This document shows, piece by piece, positions 36,692 through 45,382 of a stretch of 64,000 bases of DNA. Numbering within the stretch: position 1 is the first letter of the stretch; every line of letters starts with the position of its first letter. Below the pieces are notes generated by a model. It saw nothing but the letters and a program-made list of their open reading frames with translations. It was not told where the DNA came from and ran no database searches. This DNA is from a phage, in the sequence record PZ171032.1. One strand, written 5' to 3'. The translations under genes were made by a program, and so were the position numbers.

Positions 36692-37617
36692 GGATACAAA
36701 AGCACCTTGGTATTGTGGGACTTTACCACTGTGCCAATCCACCCACTTGCTACCGTTAAACTGAACCCTTTGTAGCAAATGATTCGACCATCTTCTGCAA
36801 TCTGAATATCATTGGCCTGCATAAAATCGTAGAGCATGTTTACAGATTTTGCAGAAGGATTGCGTAGCAGGCGAACGAGGAATTTCACATAGCGGTCATC
36901 CAGCGTTCCGTCTGCATAATCTTTCTCAATTTTCTTTGCAATGGTGGATCGCATCTCTACACCGTAGTAGTAGAGCTTACCATCTTTCATGATCAGGTTG
37001 TCTGCAAGTGTGGTGAACTCATTCTTGCGTTCCAGCCAGACAAGGATTTCACCAATTGCCTCGTCATATTCCTGAACAGAGATATGGTCGAAGACTTTCT
37101 GGTAAACTTCCTCACTTTCGCTGCGGCGAATTTCAAAAATGCCTTCGTTGCAGGTGATCTGGAGGAGTTCCCCACAAATAACTACCAAAGGCTCGATGCT
37201 TCGAGTTTGTTGCTGAGACACACTGCTCACCACCTCCAGCACCGGATCTTTGACTTCTACTAAAGGTTCTTCTGACTTGATTGCCACCCCAGTGAACCCC
37301 ACACCGTGAACAACACACAGTGGGTATACCACGCCCCAACGTTTAACGGAACCTTCGCCTAAGTCTAAGATCATGGCGTACTTACCATTATCTTCCAATC
37401 CATAGCGGAATAAACGGGCCTCTTCGCGGGTTTCAAAATCCTCACGGGTGTAGCAGACGCTGTCACGGTCAGGATCGAACAACTCTGGGGCACCCACTGC
37501 CAGTGTCCAGGTTGTGTCGCCTTTCTCAATGGCACATGTGAAACCCTTCTTCTCAAGTTCTGCACGGCGGTCTCGTGCTTCTTTACGGGTTTTGAAATGT
37601 TCGTAGATGAAAATCAT
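36673..37617 (-). CDS. hypothetical protein with two N-terminal about 40-aa repeats
   Basis: repeated module (YEHFKTRKEARDRRAELEKKGF... / YTREDFETREEARLFRYGLEDNGKY...). Confidence 0.55.
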   Translation of the reverse strand: MIFIYEHFKTRKEARDRRAELEKKGFTCAIEKGDTTWTLAVGAPELFDPDRDSVCYTREDFETREEARLFRYGLEDNGKYAMILDLGEGSVKRWGVVYPLCVVHGVGFTGVAIKSEEPLVEVKDPVLEVVSSVSQQQTRSIEPLVVICGELLQITCNEGIFEIRRSESEEVYQKVFDHISVQEYDEAIGEILVWLERKNEFTTLADNLIMKDGKLYYYGVEMRSTIAKKIEKDYADGTLDDRYVKFLVRLLRNPSAKSVNMLYDFMQANDIQIAEDGRIICYKGFSLTVASGWIGTVVKSHNTKVLLYPCLVTL

Positions 37618-37627
37618 CTTGGTCTCC

Positions 37628-39610
37628 TTATTTGATGTTATTCTTTGTATCGATCAGTTCACGGTATTCAATCATAGCAGGAGTGTCCCAATATTTCAAG
37701 CCCACATGCTTCAAAAGTGGATATTTCTTTTCCAATCTTGCAATATAGGCCTTTCCGCACTTAACCCGGTTGGCGATTAAGATTTTGGCACGATGATTTA
37801 GCTCACTGTGCTTCCACGCGGTGTTACCTTCCCACTTGTGGAAATGTGGCCGATAATTTCCAAAATCCTGCATGGGGATAATTTTCCCTAATTGTCTATA
37901 CAGGCTGTCATATGAAGTTTCATTTGCTGCGCGAGTCAGTAAGAATTTCCAGGCGTCCTCTTTCAACAAATGTTCCACATTTTTCTCTGTAACATACTGG
38001 CAATCAGGATCAGTCCAAAGCAGACGGGATTCTGATACCAGGTACAGGTCTTCCCCTTCAGGAATCTGGAGTGCCGCACGCACACGGTCATAATTTTGCT
38101 GGTAGATGTTACTCAGCTGTCCCAGCCAACAACTTCCACGTTGGATATCGCCCTCATAAGGAATGCAGTGCTTAATCTTCTTGAACTCTGCCTTAGTAAT
38201 ACGTTCACGACGGAAGTAACCATCCTTCTCAAGCTTTTTAACCCAATAACCTGGCTCGTAATGAGTTTTTGTTTCACCTTTCTTCGCAGGTCGGCGAGGG
38301 AGCTCTGATAACAATTTGACCGTATCTGCAAAGAACGGGTGGTGTGCCGCTTCTTTAAACTCTTCCACCAAATCCGTGTTACGGCAATAGAAAACGTTGC
38401 GTCCGGTGATCTCGCTTAAGTAGTTACACTTATTTCGGTTATATTTGCCGTCTCCGTCGTTAAACACTAAGTAGACCCCTCGTAAGAACTCCGACTTTCC
38501 GTAGCAGGCGTAACCTATGCGGCCTTTATTTAAGCCGCCAGCGAAGATCTCACAATCTCCCAAACTTCCTAGTCCTGTCTCTTCCCATCGGTCCCACATA
38601 AAATTCTTACCGAAGATGTGCCCGAACACTCCACTGTTCTTCATCATCTCACGTGCTTCTGAGGATGTTTTTGCTGTCTCCAATTCCGCAACAACTTCTG
38701 CCCCACGAAGACGGATACCCTCTTTGACAAAAGCCTCCAACCGCTCTTGGAATCCACCATCGTCGTGCCCCTCTATGGTCCATTCGCGCCCAGGGTTAAT
38801 ATTGCAATCCCCAATAGGGATCTCTACACAGATTGCAGGGTAGTCTGTCAATGTTTCCAGAAACTTAGAGCGGTAAGGTTGGTGTCCCATCACCACACGG
38901 CTCTCATCAGAGCTGGTATAACCTTTCAGGATAGTCATTTTCCAACCATCTTTCTCGTAGCGATACTGCGCCTCAACCTTGTCACCTTCCAGCATCTTAC
39001 TGGTCATAGGGTCGGTAACGGTAAACGGAAACTTTGCATAGCGTAGGCATGACGCAATAGCAGTGCGATATTTCAGAATATGCTCTTTCTTAACATGGAA
39101 CTGAACTTTTACCCCGTTGTGCTCTTCAGTCTTTCGCTCGCGGATCTTGGTAACGTTTGGGATACCCTGATCCAAGAACAATAGATATGTGCTTTCAACA
39201 CCATTGTGTACACTGATCACATCGAAAGTGTCCACCATGCTGAACGGGGCCTTTGAACCAACACCTTTATTACCCACCAGAGCGTTGCTGTTGCGCTTGG
39301 TTGACTCTCCGAGGTTCATGAAAGTGTTGCGGACCATCTCTTCTGACATGCCTAATCCAACGTCCTGCACAAAGAAGTATGGTTCAAGGTCTGTAGGAGA
39401 GTGAATGATGATCGGTACATCGCCCCGTCCAGACTCAACATGAGAGTCCACAGCATTGAAGATTGGTTCACGGCAGCTTGCCAGCACCTTATCTTCGTAA
39501 ATCCCTTTAATGATTAGCCCAAAAGTCTCTTTGTTCAGAGAAATTGAGCCCCTGGTGACCTCCATATTTCCAGTTAGCACTGCTTTAGTTTCATTACTGT
39601 TTACAATCAT
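37628..39610 (-). CDS. GHKL-superfamily ATPase (Bergerat fold; Hsp90/MORC-like N-terminal domain) with about 450-aa C-terminal region of unknown function
   Basis: N-box EPIFNAVDSH, G1-box VQDVGLGM, G2-box GNKGVGSKAPF in correct order and spacing within the first about 130 aa. Confidence 0.6.
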   Translation of the reverse strand: MIVNSNETKAVLTGNMEVTRGSISLNKETFGLIIKGIYEDKVLASCREPIFNAVDSHVESGRGDVPIIIHSPTDLEPYFFVQDVGLGMSEEMVRNTFMNLGESTKRNSNALVGNKGVGSKAPFSMVDTFDVISVHNGVESTYLLFLDQGIPNVTKIRERKTEEHNGVKVQFHVKKEHILKYRTAIASCLRYAKFPFTVTDPMTSKMLEGDKVEAQYRYEKDGWKMTILKGYTSSDESRVVMGHQPYRSKFLETLTDYPAICVEIPIGDCNINPGREWTIEGHDDGGFQERLEAFVKEGIRLRGAEVVAELETAKTSSEAREMMKNSGVFGHIFGKNFMWDRWEETGLGSLGDCEIFAGGLNKGRIGYACYGKSEFLRGVYLVFNDGDGKYNRNKCNYLSEITGRNVFYCRNTDLVEEFKEAAHHPFFADTVKLLSELPRRPAKKGETKTHYEPGYWVKKLEKDGYFRRERITKAEFKKIKHCIPYEGDIQRGSCWLGQLSNIYQQNYDRVRAALQIPEGEDLYLVSESRLLWTDPDCQYVTEKNVEHLLKEDAWKFLLTRAANETSYDSLYRQLGKIIPMQDFGNYRPHFHKWEGNTAWKHSELNHRAKILIANRVKCGKAYIARLEKKYPLLKHVGLKYWDTPAMIEYRELIDTKNNIK

Positions 39611-40107
39611 TTATTGCGCTCCTTGTAGTAGATATGACTCCCGAATTGAGCTGTCCTCTGCATCTTTTTTGCCCATTTCGGTCGTACTTTGGTCGTATGG
39701 TAGTGTGTTGCTCCACCTGTTATATCCATAGCCATGTATGCAACATGGTTGTTATTATAGACCTTTAGAAGCATCTTTGCAAGACTTTTAGCGTGATCCC
39801 ATGAATCTTTTTCTGTCACCTTAAAAGTTTTGCCGTAGTTTGTCCACGAAAACTGATTAGGTTGGTAGACAATCTTTCTTATAGTGTCCGGGTATTTGGG
39901 ATGAGATTTCCTGTTTAGGGTGGCAAACCCAGATGCCAGCATACCCATCGTGCCATCCCCTCTAGCTTCCCTGTAGATATTGCATGCTAGAATGTTTTCC
40001 TTAGTATCTGATGGCTTGCAAGTATGGTATACTTTTTGTTTTGGTGCTGCAACAACAGGCAGCGATAAAAATGCGCTCAAAATAATAGCAAAGATCTTAA
40101 TTTTCAC
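39607..40107 (-). CDS. SleB-like cell wall hydrolase with cleavable signal peptide (endolysin candidate)
   Basis: N-terminal signal peptide MKIKIFAIILSAFLSLPVVA; hydrolase_2 motifs NIYREARGD and VYQPNQFSWTN. Confidence 0.7.
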   Translation of the reverse strand: MKIKIFAIILSAFLSLPVVAAPKQKVYHTCKPSDTKENILACNIYREARGDGTMGMLASGFATLNRKSHPKYPDTIRKIVYQPNQFSWTNYGKTFKVTEKDSWDHAKSLAKMLLKVYNNNHVAYMAMDITGGATHYHTTKVRPKWAKKMQRTAQFGSHIYYKERNK

Positions 40108-40156
40108 AATGACTCCAAATAGAAAATCCCCGCCGAAGCGGGGGAGGTCTTAGAAA

Positions 40157-40537
40157 TTAATCGTAGTGTGCCAAAATCTCTCCATCGTTGCAAGTTCCCT
40201 CTACAAAGTTATGAAGATTCATGCACTCATCTTGATAGAAGAATTTACCGCTTTTCAGCCGTAGGCCAAACAACTCCGCATCTCCACGATGGCAAGCCTC
40301 TACAAGTTCATAGATTTCATACGGCAACTCTCCGTCGTCATGGAAGAATCCAGCCTTATCGTTGACATAAATGAAGAAATAATCACTGCTATCGCAAGCG
40401 TCCAATATTTTAAACCAGATTTCATCTACATCTTTTTCTCGGATATCGATCACGCAAGTGGAGCTGCATTCGTACTCCTTCTCCGGCTCCTCGGTCAATA
40501 CCACCAGGTAGTTTCCCCGCTTACCTACTTTAGCCAT
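40157..40537 (-). CDS. hypothetical protein
   Basis: ORF; no motif. Confidence 0.55.
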   Translation of the reverse strand: MAKVGKRGNYLVVLTEEPEKEYECSSTCVIDIREKDVDEIWFKILDACDSSDYFFIYVNDKAGFFHDDGELPYEIYELVEACHRGDAELFGLRLKSGKFFYQDECMNLHNFVEGTCNDGEILAHYD

Positions 40538-40546
40538 ACAACCCCC

Positions 40547-41731
40547 TTAAGCTTTAGCCAAAATGGCGCTAAACTCTTCACCAAACTCTTTTACAATCTT
40601 CATCAGGTTTGGGTATGCTTTGATCAACTGAGCAACAATCTTGTCACGCCCTTTACCGATAAGCAAGGCATTTCCTAAGGCGTTAGGTTTCATCATCGCC
40701 ATAAAGACTGAGAATACAAAATCTCGGTTCTCGTCCTTGAAATTTTCCCAAAGGAAATCGAGGAAGTTTGCCACACAGCTAACAAGATCTTCGTCGGAGA
40801 TACTTGCATTTTCCATCATATTGCGAATAGCGATACAACCTTCAGATCCAAGAATCCACAAAATGTCTGGCTGCTTAGGACCTACGTATTCTTTGCAGCC
40901 ACCTGCCATAATCCGACCGATTTCCGGTAAATTACGTTTCTTGGTGTGGTAAGTCCAGATCTCTACCGCTGCAGTGTGACCAATAGCACCTTGTAGAAGA
41001 ACACGGGCCATAGCGTCAGAAATAATACCGCTGTCAAAATCGTGCAAGATGTCAGATGCAGCAACCCAAGATCGCGGTGTGGCAAAAGATGGACAATTAA
41101 TCTCAGCCATAGCCTCATAATTATCAATAGCTGAGGGAACTCTTTTCAAATATCCAATTACAGAGGAATGCACCCCATTAAGGAATGCGTAGTCCTCAAT
41201 AAACACCTCTGCATTGCTTGTAACCTCTACAATGATAAAACGGTTAGCCAGAGGGGCTTCGAGCGCCGAAAGAACCGCACCATCTGTAGAACGGTTACCC
41301 GCAGCCACAAAAACAGAACCCTTAGGGAATGCATAGGTGCCGCACTTGTGGTCAAGCATAATTTGCATTGCAACCTTTTGCAGGTAGTTATCTGCATGAG
41401 TGAGCTCATCCAGAAAGATAATTCCGCTCCAGTCAGGATCCGCAGGCCAAAATTCTGGAATTGCAAACACTGTACGTGTAGTTCCATCCGCTTCTACAGG
41501 GATAGGTAGCCCAGATAAGTCGGCAGGATCTTTATCTGACAGTCGCACGTCAACAAGGTTGTCATCTCGCTCACCGAACATATTATCAGCGATCTGCTTC
41601 ATCACCTGGCTTTTACCCACACCCATTGGTCCCAAAATTAGGACAGATCGGCTATGACGTTGGGCAAACTGAATAATAGCTGGCAACTCACGGACAGTGA
41701 TTTGACCACTTTCGAATACGTTTCTTGACAT
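40547..41731 (-). CDS. MoxR/CbbQ-like AAA+ ATPase
   Basis: Walker A LILGPMGVGKS; Walker B IIFLDELTHAD; sensor-1-like VFVAAGN. Confidence 0.75.
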   Translation of the reverse strand: MSRNVFESGQITVRELPAIIQFAQRHSRSVLILGPMGVGKSQVMKQIADNMFGERDDNLVDVRLSDKDPADLSGLPIPVEADGTTRTVFAIPEFWPADPDWSGIIFLDELTHADNYLQKVAMQIMLDHKCGTYAFPKGSVFVAAGNRSTDGAVLSALEAPLANRFIIVEVTSNAEVFIEDYAFLNGVHSSVIGYLKRVPSAIDNYEAMAEINCPSFATPRSWVAASDILHDFDSGIISDAMARVLLQGAIGHTAAVEIWTYHTKKRNLPEIGRIMAGGCKEYVGPKQPDILWILGSEGCIAIRNMMENASISDEDLVSCVANFLDFLWENFKDENRDFVFSVFMAMMKPNALGNALLIGKGRDKIVAQLIKAYPNLMKIVKEFGEEFSAILAKA

Positions 41732-42000
41732 TAGTAAAAGTCCTCTACTTGTGTGTAAGTGTTTTCAAAGTTTTCCAAAACAGATATCACATCGAATCTG
41801 TCAATATCATACGTGACTCTCCAGTTGTACGCAACCCTTTCTGCTGTTGCCTCTTCTGGCGCTAGTCGTCTGCTGGCATAAAAGAGTGTTGGAGTACACT
41901 TTCTTGCTTGCCCTCTAACTTTCCCATAATAATATCTGTGAATATCTTTGTCAAAATTTAACTCTTTTTCTGCACGAAGTTCATATTGCTGGTATAACAT
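41731..42000 (-). CDS. hypothetical protein
   Basis: stop/start overlap. Confidence 0.5.
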   Translation of the reverse strand: MLYQQYELRAEKELNFDKDIHRYYYGKVRGQARKCTPTLFYASRRLAPEEATAERVAYNWRVTYDIDRFDVISVLENFENTYTQVEDFY

Positions 42001-42044
42001 CTCTACTACTCCTTAAGCAGCATCCTTGCCGCCATTCCTGCCCA

Positions 42045-42425
42045 CTAAAATGCAGTCCGAATCCAGACAAGGTTCTTATCTGCCCAATCATAGAGGCAAG
42101 TCATTGCACTATTGAATTGCTCACACGGAGGATAATCTTCTTCCATCTGGCGCATAGCAGAGCCTTGTGGGTAAAGCTCCCGTGCTGCAAACCACGCGTC
42201 GTAGTCATCAACGGTGTCGAAGTAGTATACAACATCCTCTAACTCAGGATCGAACTTTGAACTATCAGGATCCAGTTGTTCAGGGAACTTGGAGCGTAAC
42301 TTGCCAGCTACAATACTTGCCAACTCGCTAACATGCTTATTGTCCCACTCCACTAGCTTCCCGTCTTCAGTGATGCGTCCTAACCACTGATCATGAAGGT
42401 CAACTGTTGTCTTCCACTGGGCCAT
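42045..42425 (-). CDS. hypothetical protein
   Basis: ORF. Confidence 0.55.
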   Translation of the reverse strand: MAQWKTTVDLHDQWLGRITEDGKLVEWDNKHVSELASIVAGKLRSKFPEQLDPDSSKFDPELEDVVYYFDTVDDYDAWFAARELYPQGSAMRQMEEDYPPCEQFNSAMTCLYDWADKNLVWIRTAF

Positions 42426-42427
42426 TA

Positions 42428-42685
42428 TCAGTCCACCTCTTCTTCTCGTTGTAGTTCAAGATACCCGTAGGTCTGGACATCTTCAAGGGTGTGGAACTCC
42501 CCATCTGCCGCTAATGCACGAACAACTTGGCACAAAACCTTATGAGGAACTTCATCCAGACCAAGATTCAGTGCAGGGAACACCTTATCTAAGTCAACAA
42601 AATAAATGAACTGTAGCTCACCAGCTTCAAAAGGTGTATCTTCAATAAACATCTTCTCGGCATTAGTCAAGATCTGCACTTTCAT
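42428..42685 (-). CDS. hypothetical protein
   Basis: ORF. Confidence 0.5.
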   Translation of the reverse strand: MKVQILTNAEKMFIEDTPFEAGELQFIYFVDLDKVFPALNLGLDEVPHKVLCQVVRALAADGEFHTLEDVQTYGYLELQREEEVD

Positions 42686-43041
42686 TATTCTACCTCCTCT
42701 TCTTTTTCTTCGGCATTAGTTTCATGGCTACCCCACTCCGGAGTTTCCACCTCGATAGTAAACTCACGCACTACACGGTAATTGCCCATGAAGCGCTCTA
42801 CTTCGTCAAGGCTTATGGAGAGGCCATTGGCAACCAGGTCTGCAGCACCCTCTTCTACCAGGTAGTCCAGATTGGCTTCCAGAGCCTCAGGTTCAAACCC
42901 TGTCAATGCAATCAGATAACCTTCCCCTTCATCAGGGAGGACAATACAGCCCAATTGATTTTCTTTAAAAAGGCAGTGACCATCATTATTGATTGGGTGT
43001 TCATTGCAGTAAATAGCTGCACGATAAGTAACTTTAGACAT
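42685..43041 (-). CDS. hypothetical acidic protein beginning MSKVTYRA
   Basis: ATG at 43041 preceded by TAAGGAGA RBS; RBS plus first 8 codons lie in a 30-bp repeat shared with 44880-44908. Confidence 0.55.
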   Translation of the reverse strand: MSKVTYRAAIYCNEHPINNDGHCLFKENQLGCIVLPDEGEGYLIALTGFEPEALEANLDYLVEEGAADLVANGLSISLDEVERFMGNYRVVREFTIEVETPEWGSHETNAEEKEEEVE

Positions 43042-43054
43042 CGGTAAGGTCTCC

Positions 43055-43333
43055 TTAGGCAATTGTCATTTTACATTCTTGAAATTTTAACACAAGACGG
43101 TGATTGTGTCTAGTGTCTAAAAAGATTTTTTCAACCATCAGGCACACGGTATAACCGTCCATCTTGTTGACAACAAAATCTCCAGGATGAGGGAGGATGT
43201 CTCCCGGATTGGGGAAACATAGTCCACTCAGAAAGGCATCGTCAGTGGTGGACTTAATAGATTTCCACACACTGTCTGCCTGAACATGTTCACCGACGTA
43301 ATATACATTACCACATGCCTTCATCATAGTCAA
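43055..43333 (-). CDS. hypothetical protein
   Basis: ORF. Confidence 0.5.
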   Translation of the reverse strand: MTMMKACGNVYYVGEHVQADSVWKSIKSTTDDAFLSGLCFPNPGDILPHPGDFVVNKMDGYTVCLMVEKIFLDTRHNHRLVLKFQECKMTIA

Positions 43334-44229
43334 ACCCTCGCATAAATTAAACTTGTATCAGTATACTTCTTTAATGGGTAAATATCCTGTCCATAGATGC
43401 AATCATTAAACACCTCATCTACCCAAAGGCTACACTTATATCCCATCATTTCTAAAACACCCATCTCTTCTTCGGTAAACTTATCACCGCTCTTGCAAGA
43501 TGTCAATACCTCATTCTGAACTCTTGCTACCTCGAAGCGGTTATTGGCAATATCGCTATTGGCGATCAAATACTCACCTAGAGGGTGTGCGGCATTAAAG
43601 ATGCACAGTGGACGGCTGACGTAATAGTCTCCGGGTGTATAAAAATTGTTGAGGTCTTTCACTAGAACATTCTTATCAGTCACTTCATTTATAACATCAT
43701 GCATATCGCACATCTTTATATGTTTGAGGATTCCATCCCCCATCACAAAATAAAAACTTGCTGAGACACTTTCGGCATAGATCTTACTAGATCCGTTGTA
43801 GTTGTATTTTACTCGGATGCTAACGGGGGTTTTTCCTGTCGCGTTAGCCATCATCCAAAGAAATGGCAGCTCATACTTCTCCTCTGAGGAAACAAAAGGT
43901 GAGGTAGCCAGAGATCGAAAACCTCCAGAGAAGTTGAAAGTTACAGAACCGCTCCGGCGGTATGATACCGCGTATTCTACTTTTATATCGACATACCCAT
44001 TGGAATAGGTGTGTCCTTCATTATCTAAATATGTCCACTTATCAGACCCAGATACCAATCTACGCTCAATAACCTTCATCACTATAGGAATTAATGGGTT
44101 GGTACAAACCGCTTTTGAAGTAGCTTTATCATCTAAAGCCTCGTAAATTGCAGAAAGGATGTCCCCAGCTGAAAGATTGGTTGTTATGTCCTGTTTCCAC
44201 CGCGTACTAAAACTGTTAAGATTTGCCAT
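43330..44229 (-). CDS. hypothetical protein
   Basis: first gene of minus-strand array, downstream of divergent promoter. Confidence 0.6.
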   Translation of the reverse strand: MANLNSFSTRWKQDITTNLSAGDILSAIYEALDDKATSKAVCTNPLIPIVMKVIERRLVSGSDKWTYLDNEGHTYSNGYVDIKVEYAVSYRRSGSVTFNFSGGFRSLATSPFVSSEEKYELPFLWMMANATGKTPVSIRVKYNYNGSSKIYAESVSASFYFVMGDGILKHIKMCDMHDVINEVTDKNVLVKDLNNFYTPGDYYVSRPLCIFNAAHPLGEYLIANSDIANNRFEVARVQNEVLTSCKSGDKFTEEEMGVLEMMGYKCSLWVDEVFNDCIYGQDIYPLKKYTDTSLIYARV

Positions 44230-44269
44230 AAGTAAGTGCTCCTATGTTAGTTTTCTTTCGAATGGGTGC

Positions 44270-44298
44270 ACTATATTGTGGAGTTAGAGTAAAGTCAA
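44270..44298 (-). promoter_or_regulatory. sigma70-type promoter (TTGACT-N17-TATAGT), minus strand, divergent
   Basis: hexamers on minus strand about 40 nt upstream of ATG at 44229 with AGGAG RBS. Confidence 0.5.
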
Positions 44299-44311
44299 CA
44301 CGTTTTTGATG

Positions 44312-44340
44312 TTGACATCTGTTGAGACAATTGATACGAT
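44312..44340 (+). promoter_or_regulatory. sigma70-type promoter (TTGACA-N17-TACGAT), plus strand, divergent
   Basis: hexamers; inverted repeat GTCAACA...TGTTGAC spans the two -35 regions. Confidence 0.5.
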
Positions 44341-44371
44341 TTCTTCACTTACAGAGCACGAGAGACGACTC

Positions 44372-45349
44372 ATGAATCTTGAAAAATATTATACACCAGA
44401 AGAGTTAGAGCGCTTGCTCAAAAAATATAGACGCAAACAGAATAACGCACGGAAACGAGATATAGAGTTCGACCTGTCATGGGAAGAATACCTCCTATTT
44501 GGTAAAAAACTTTTAGGAGATGGAGTATGCGACTATACCCTTATACCTTTTGACATGCACACAGATGAAAACGGGCTGGGGAATCCTTTCTACCCATCTC
44601 TGGAGCGGATAGATGATGAAGGTCCTTATGCGGTTGATAACTGTTGTGTGGTGGGATTGAGATGCAACTCTCTAAAGGACTGTCTGGTAGATAAAAAGAC
44701 TGCAGTCTTGATTAAAGACGAAACTGATCGAAAAATTGTCCAGCAGATGATGCTCCACCTGAGCGAAGAGCGTATGGAGAAATTGAAAGGTGATTATACT
44801 TTTGAAGATTTCATCTTGCAATATGGAACGGAAGAGGATAAACTAGCACTCTTTGACGAAGAAGAGGAGGAAGATATGCTACCGATGTCTAAAGTTACTT
44901 ATCGTGCACCCAAGAAGCACATTTCCGACATTGTAAACGAGCCTATCACAGAAGAGATTGAAGAAATGACGCAACAGGTGCATGAAGAGGAAAAAGAGAC
45001 TCAGGAGGTCGAAGAGGAGATTACAGAAGAGGTTCCTGCACTACCTGATGATGTTGAGATTGCCAAAGCTTACACTTTCTATTGTCAAACGTTCTACGAT
45101 GTAGGTATGAAAGTTGATCTGTCGTTCAGCCAATTTAAGAGTTCGTATATTCGCAAATGCTGTGCTTTAACTGGTGAACGTCTTGGAGCTGGACTTAAAC
45201 CCCTGTTGGTGACCGACTGGAATAAAGGTTTCACTAAAGGAAACTTTATGGTAGTATCTCCAATTATGGAGAAAGCTATGACAGATCTTATGAAGACCAC
45301 CCGCATGACAATGACCGAGTTGGCAGGTATTTTCAAACACGTTAAATAA
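44372..45349 (+). CDS. hypothetical acidic two-part protein (internal MSKVTYRA segment)
   Basis: track ORF starts at TTG 44306 inside the promoter; first ATG at 44372; contains internal copy of the 30-bp repeat. Confidence 0.6.
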   Translation: MNLEKYYTPEELERLLKKYRRKQNNARKRDIEFDLSWEEYLLFGKKLLGDGVCDYTLIPFDMHTDENGLGNPFYPSLERIDDEGPYAVDNCCVVGLRCNSLKDCLVDKKTAVLIKDETDRKIVQQMMLHLSEERMEKLKGDYTFEDFILQYGTEEDKLALFDEEEEEDMLPMSKVTYRAPKKHISDIVNEPITEEIEEMTQQVHEEEKETQEVEEEITEEVPALPDDVEIAKAYTFYCQTFYDVGMKVDLSFSQFKSSYIRKCCALTGERLGAGLKPLLVTDWNKGFTKGNFMVVSPIMEKAMTDLMKTTRMTMTELAGIFKHVK

Positions 45350-45382
45350 TGACAGGGGCCAATGGCCCCTTCTGGAGTTTTA

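Noticed and set aside
45354-45370. Palindrome AGGGGCCAATGGCCCCT after gene 44372-45349 as a rho-independent terminator
   Set aside because: A stem is present but no U-tract follows, and it overlaps a candidate start of the next gene; it may be a weak attenuator or protein-binding site rather than an efficient terminator.
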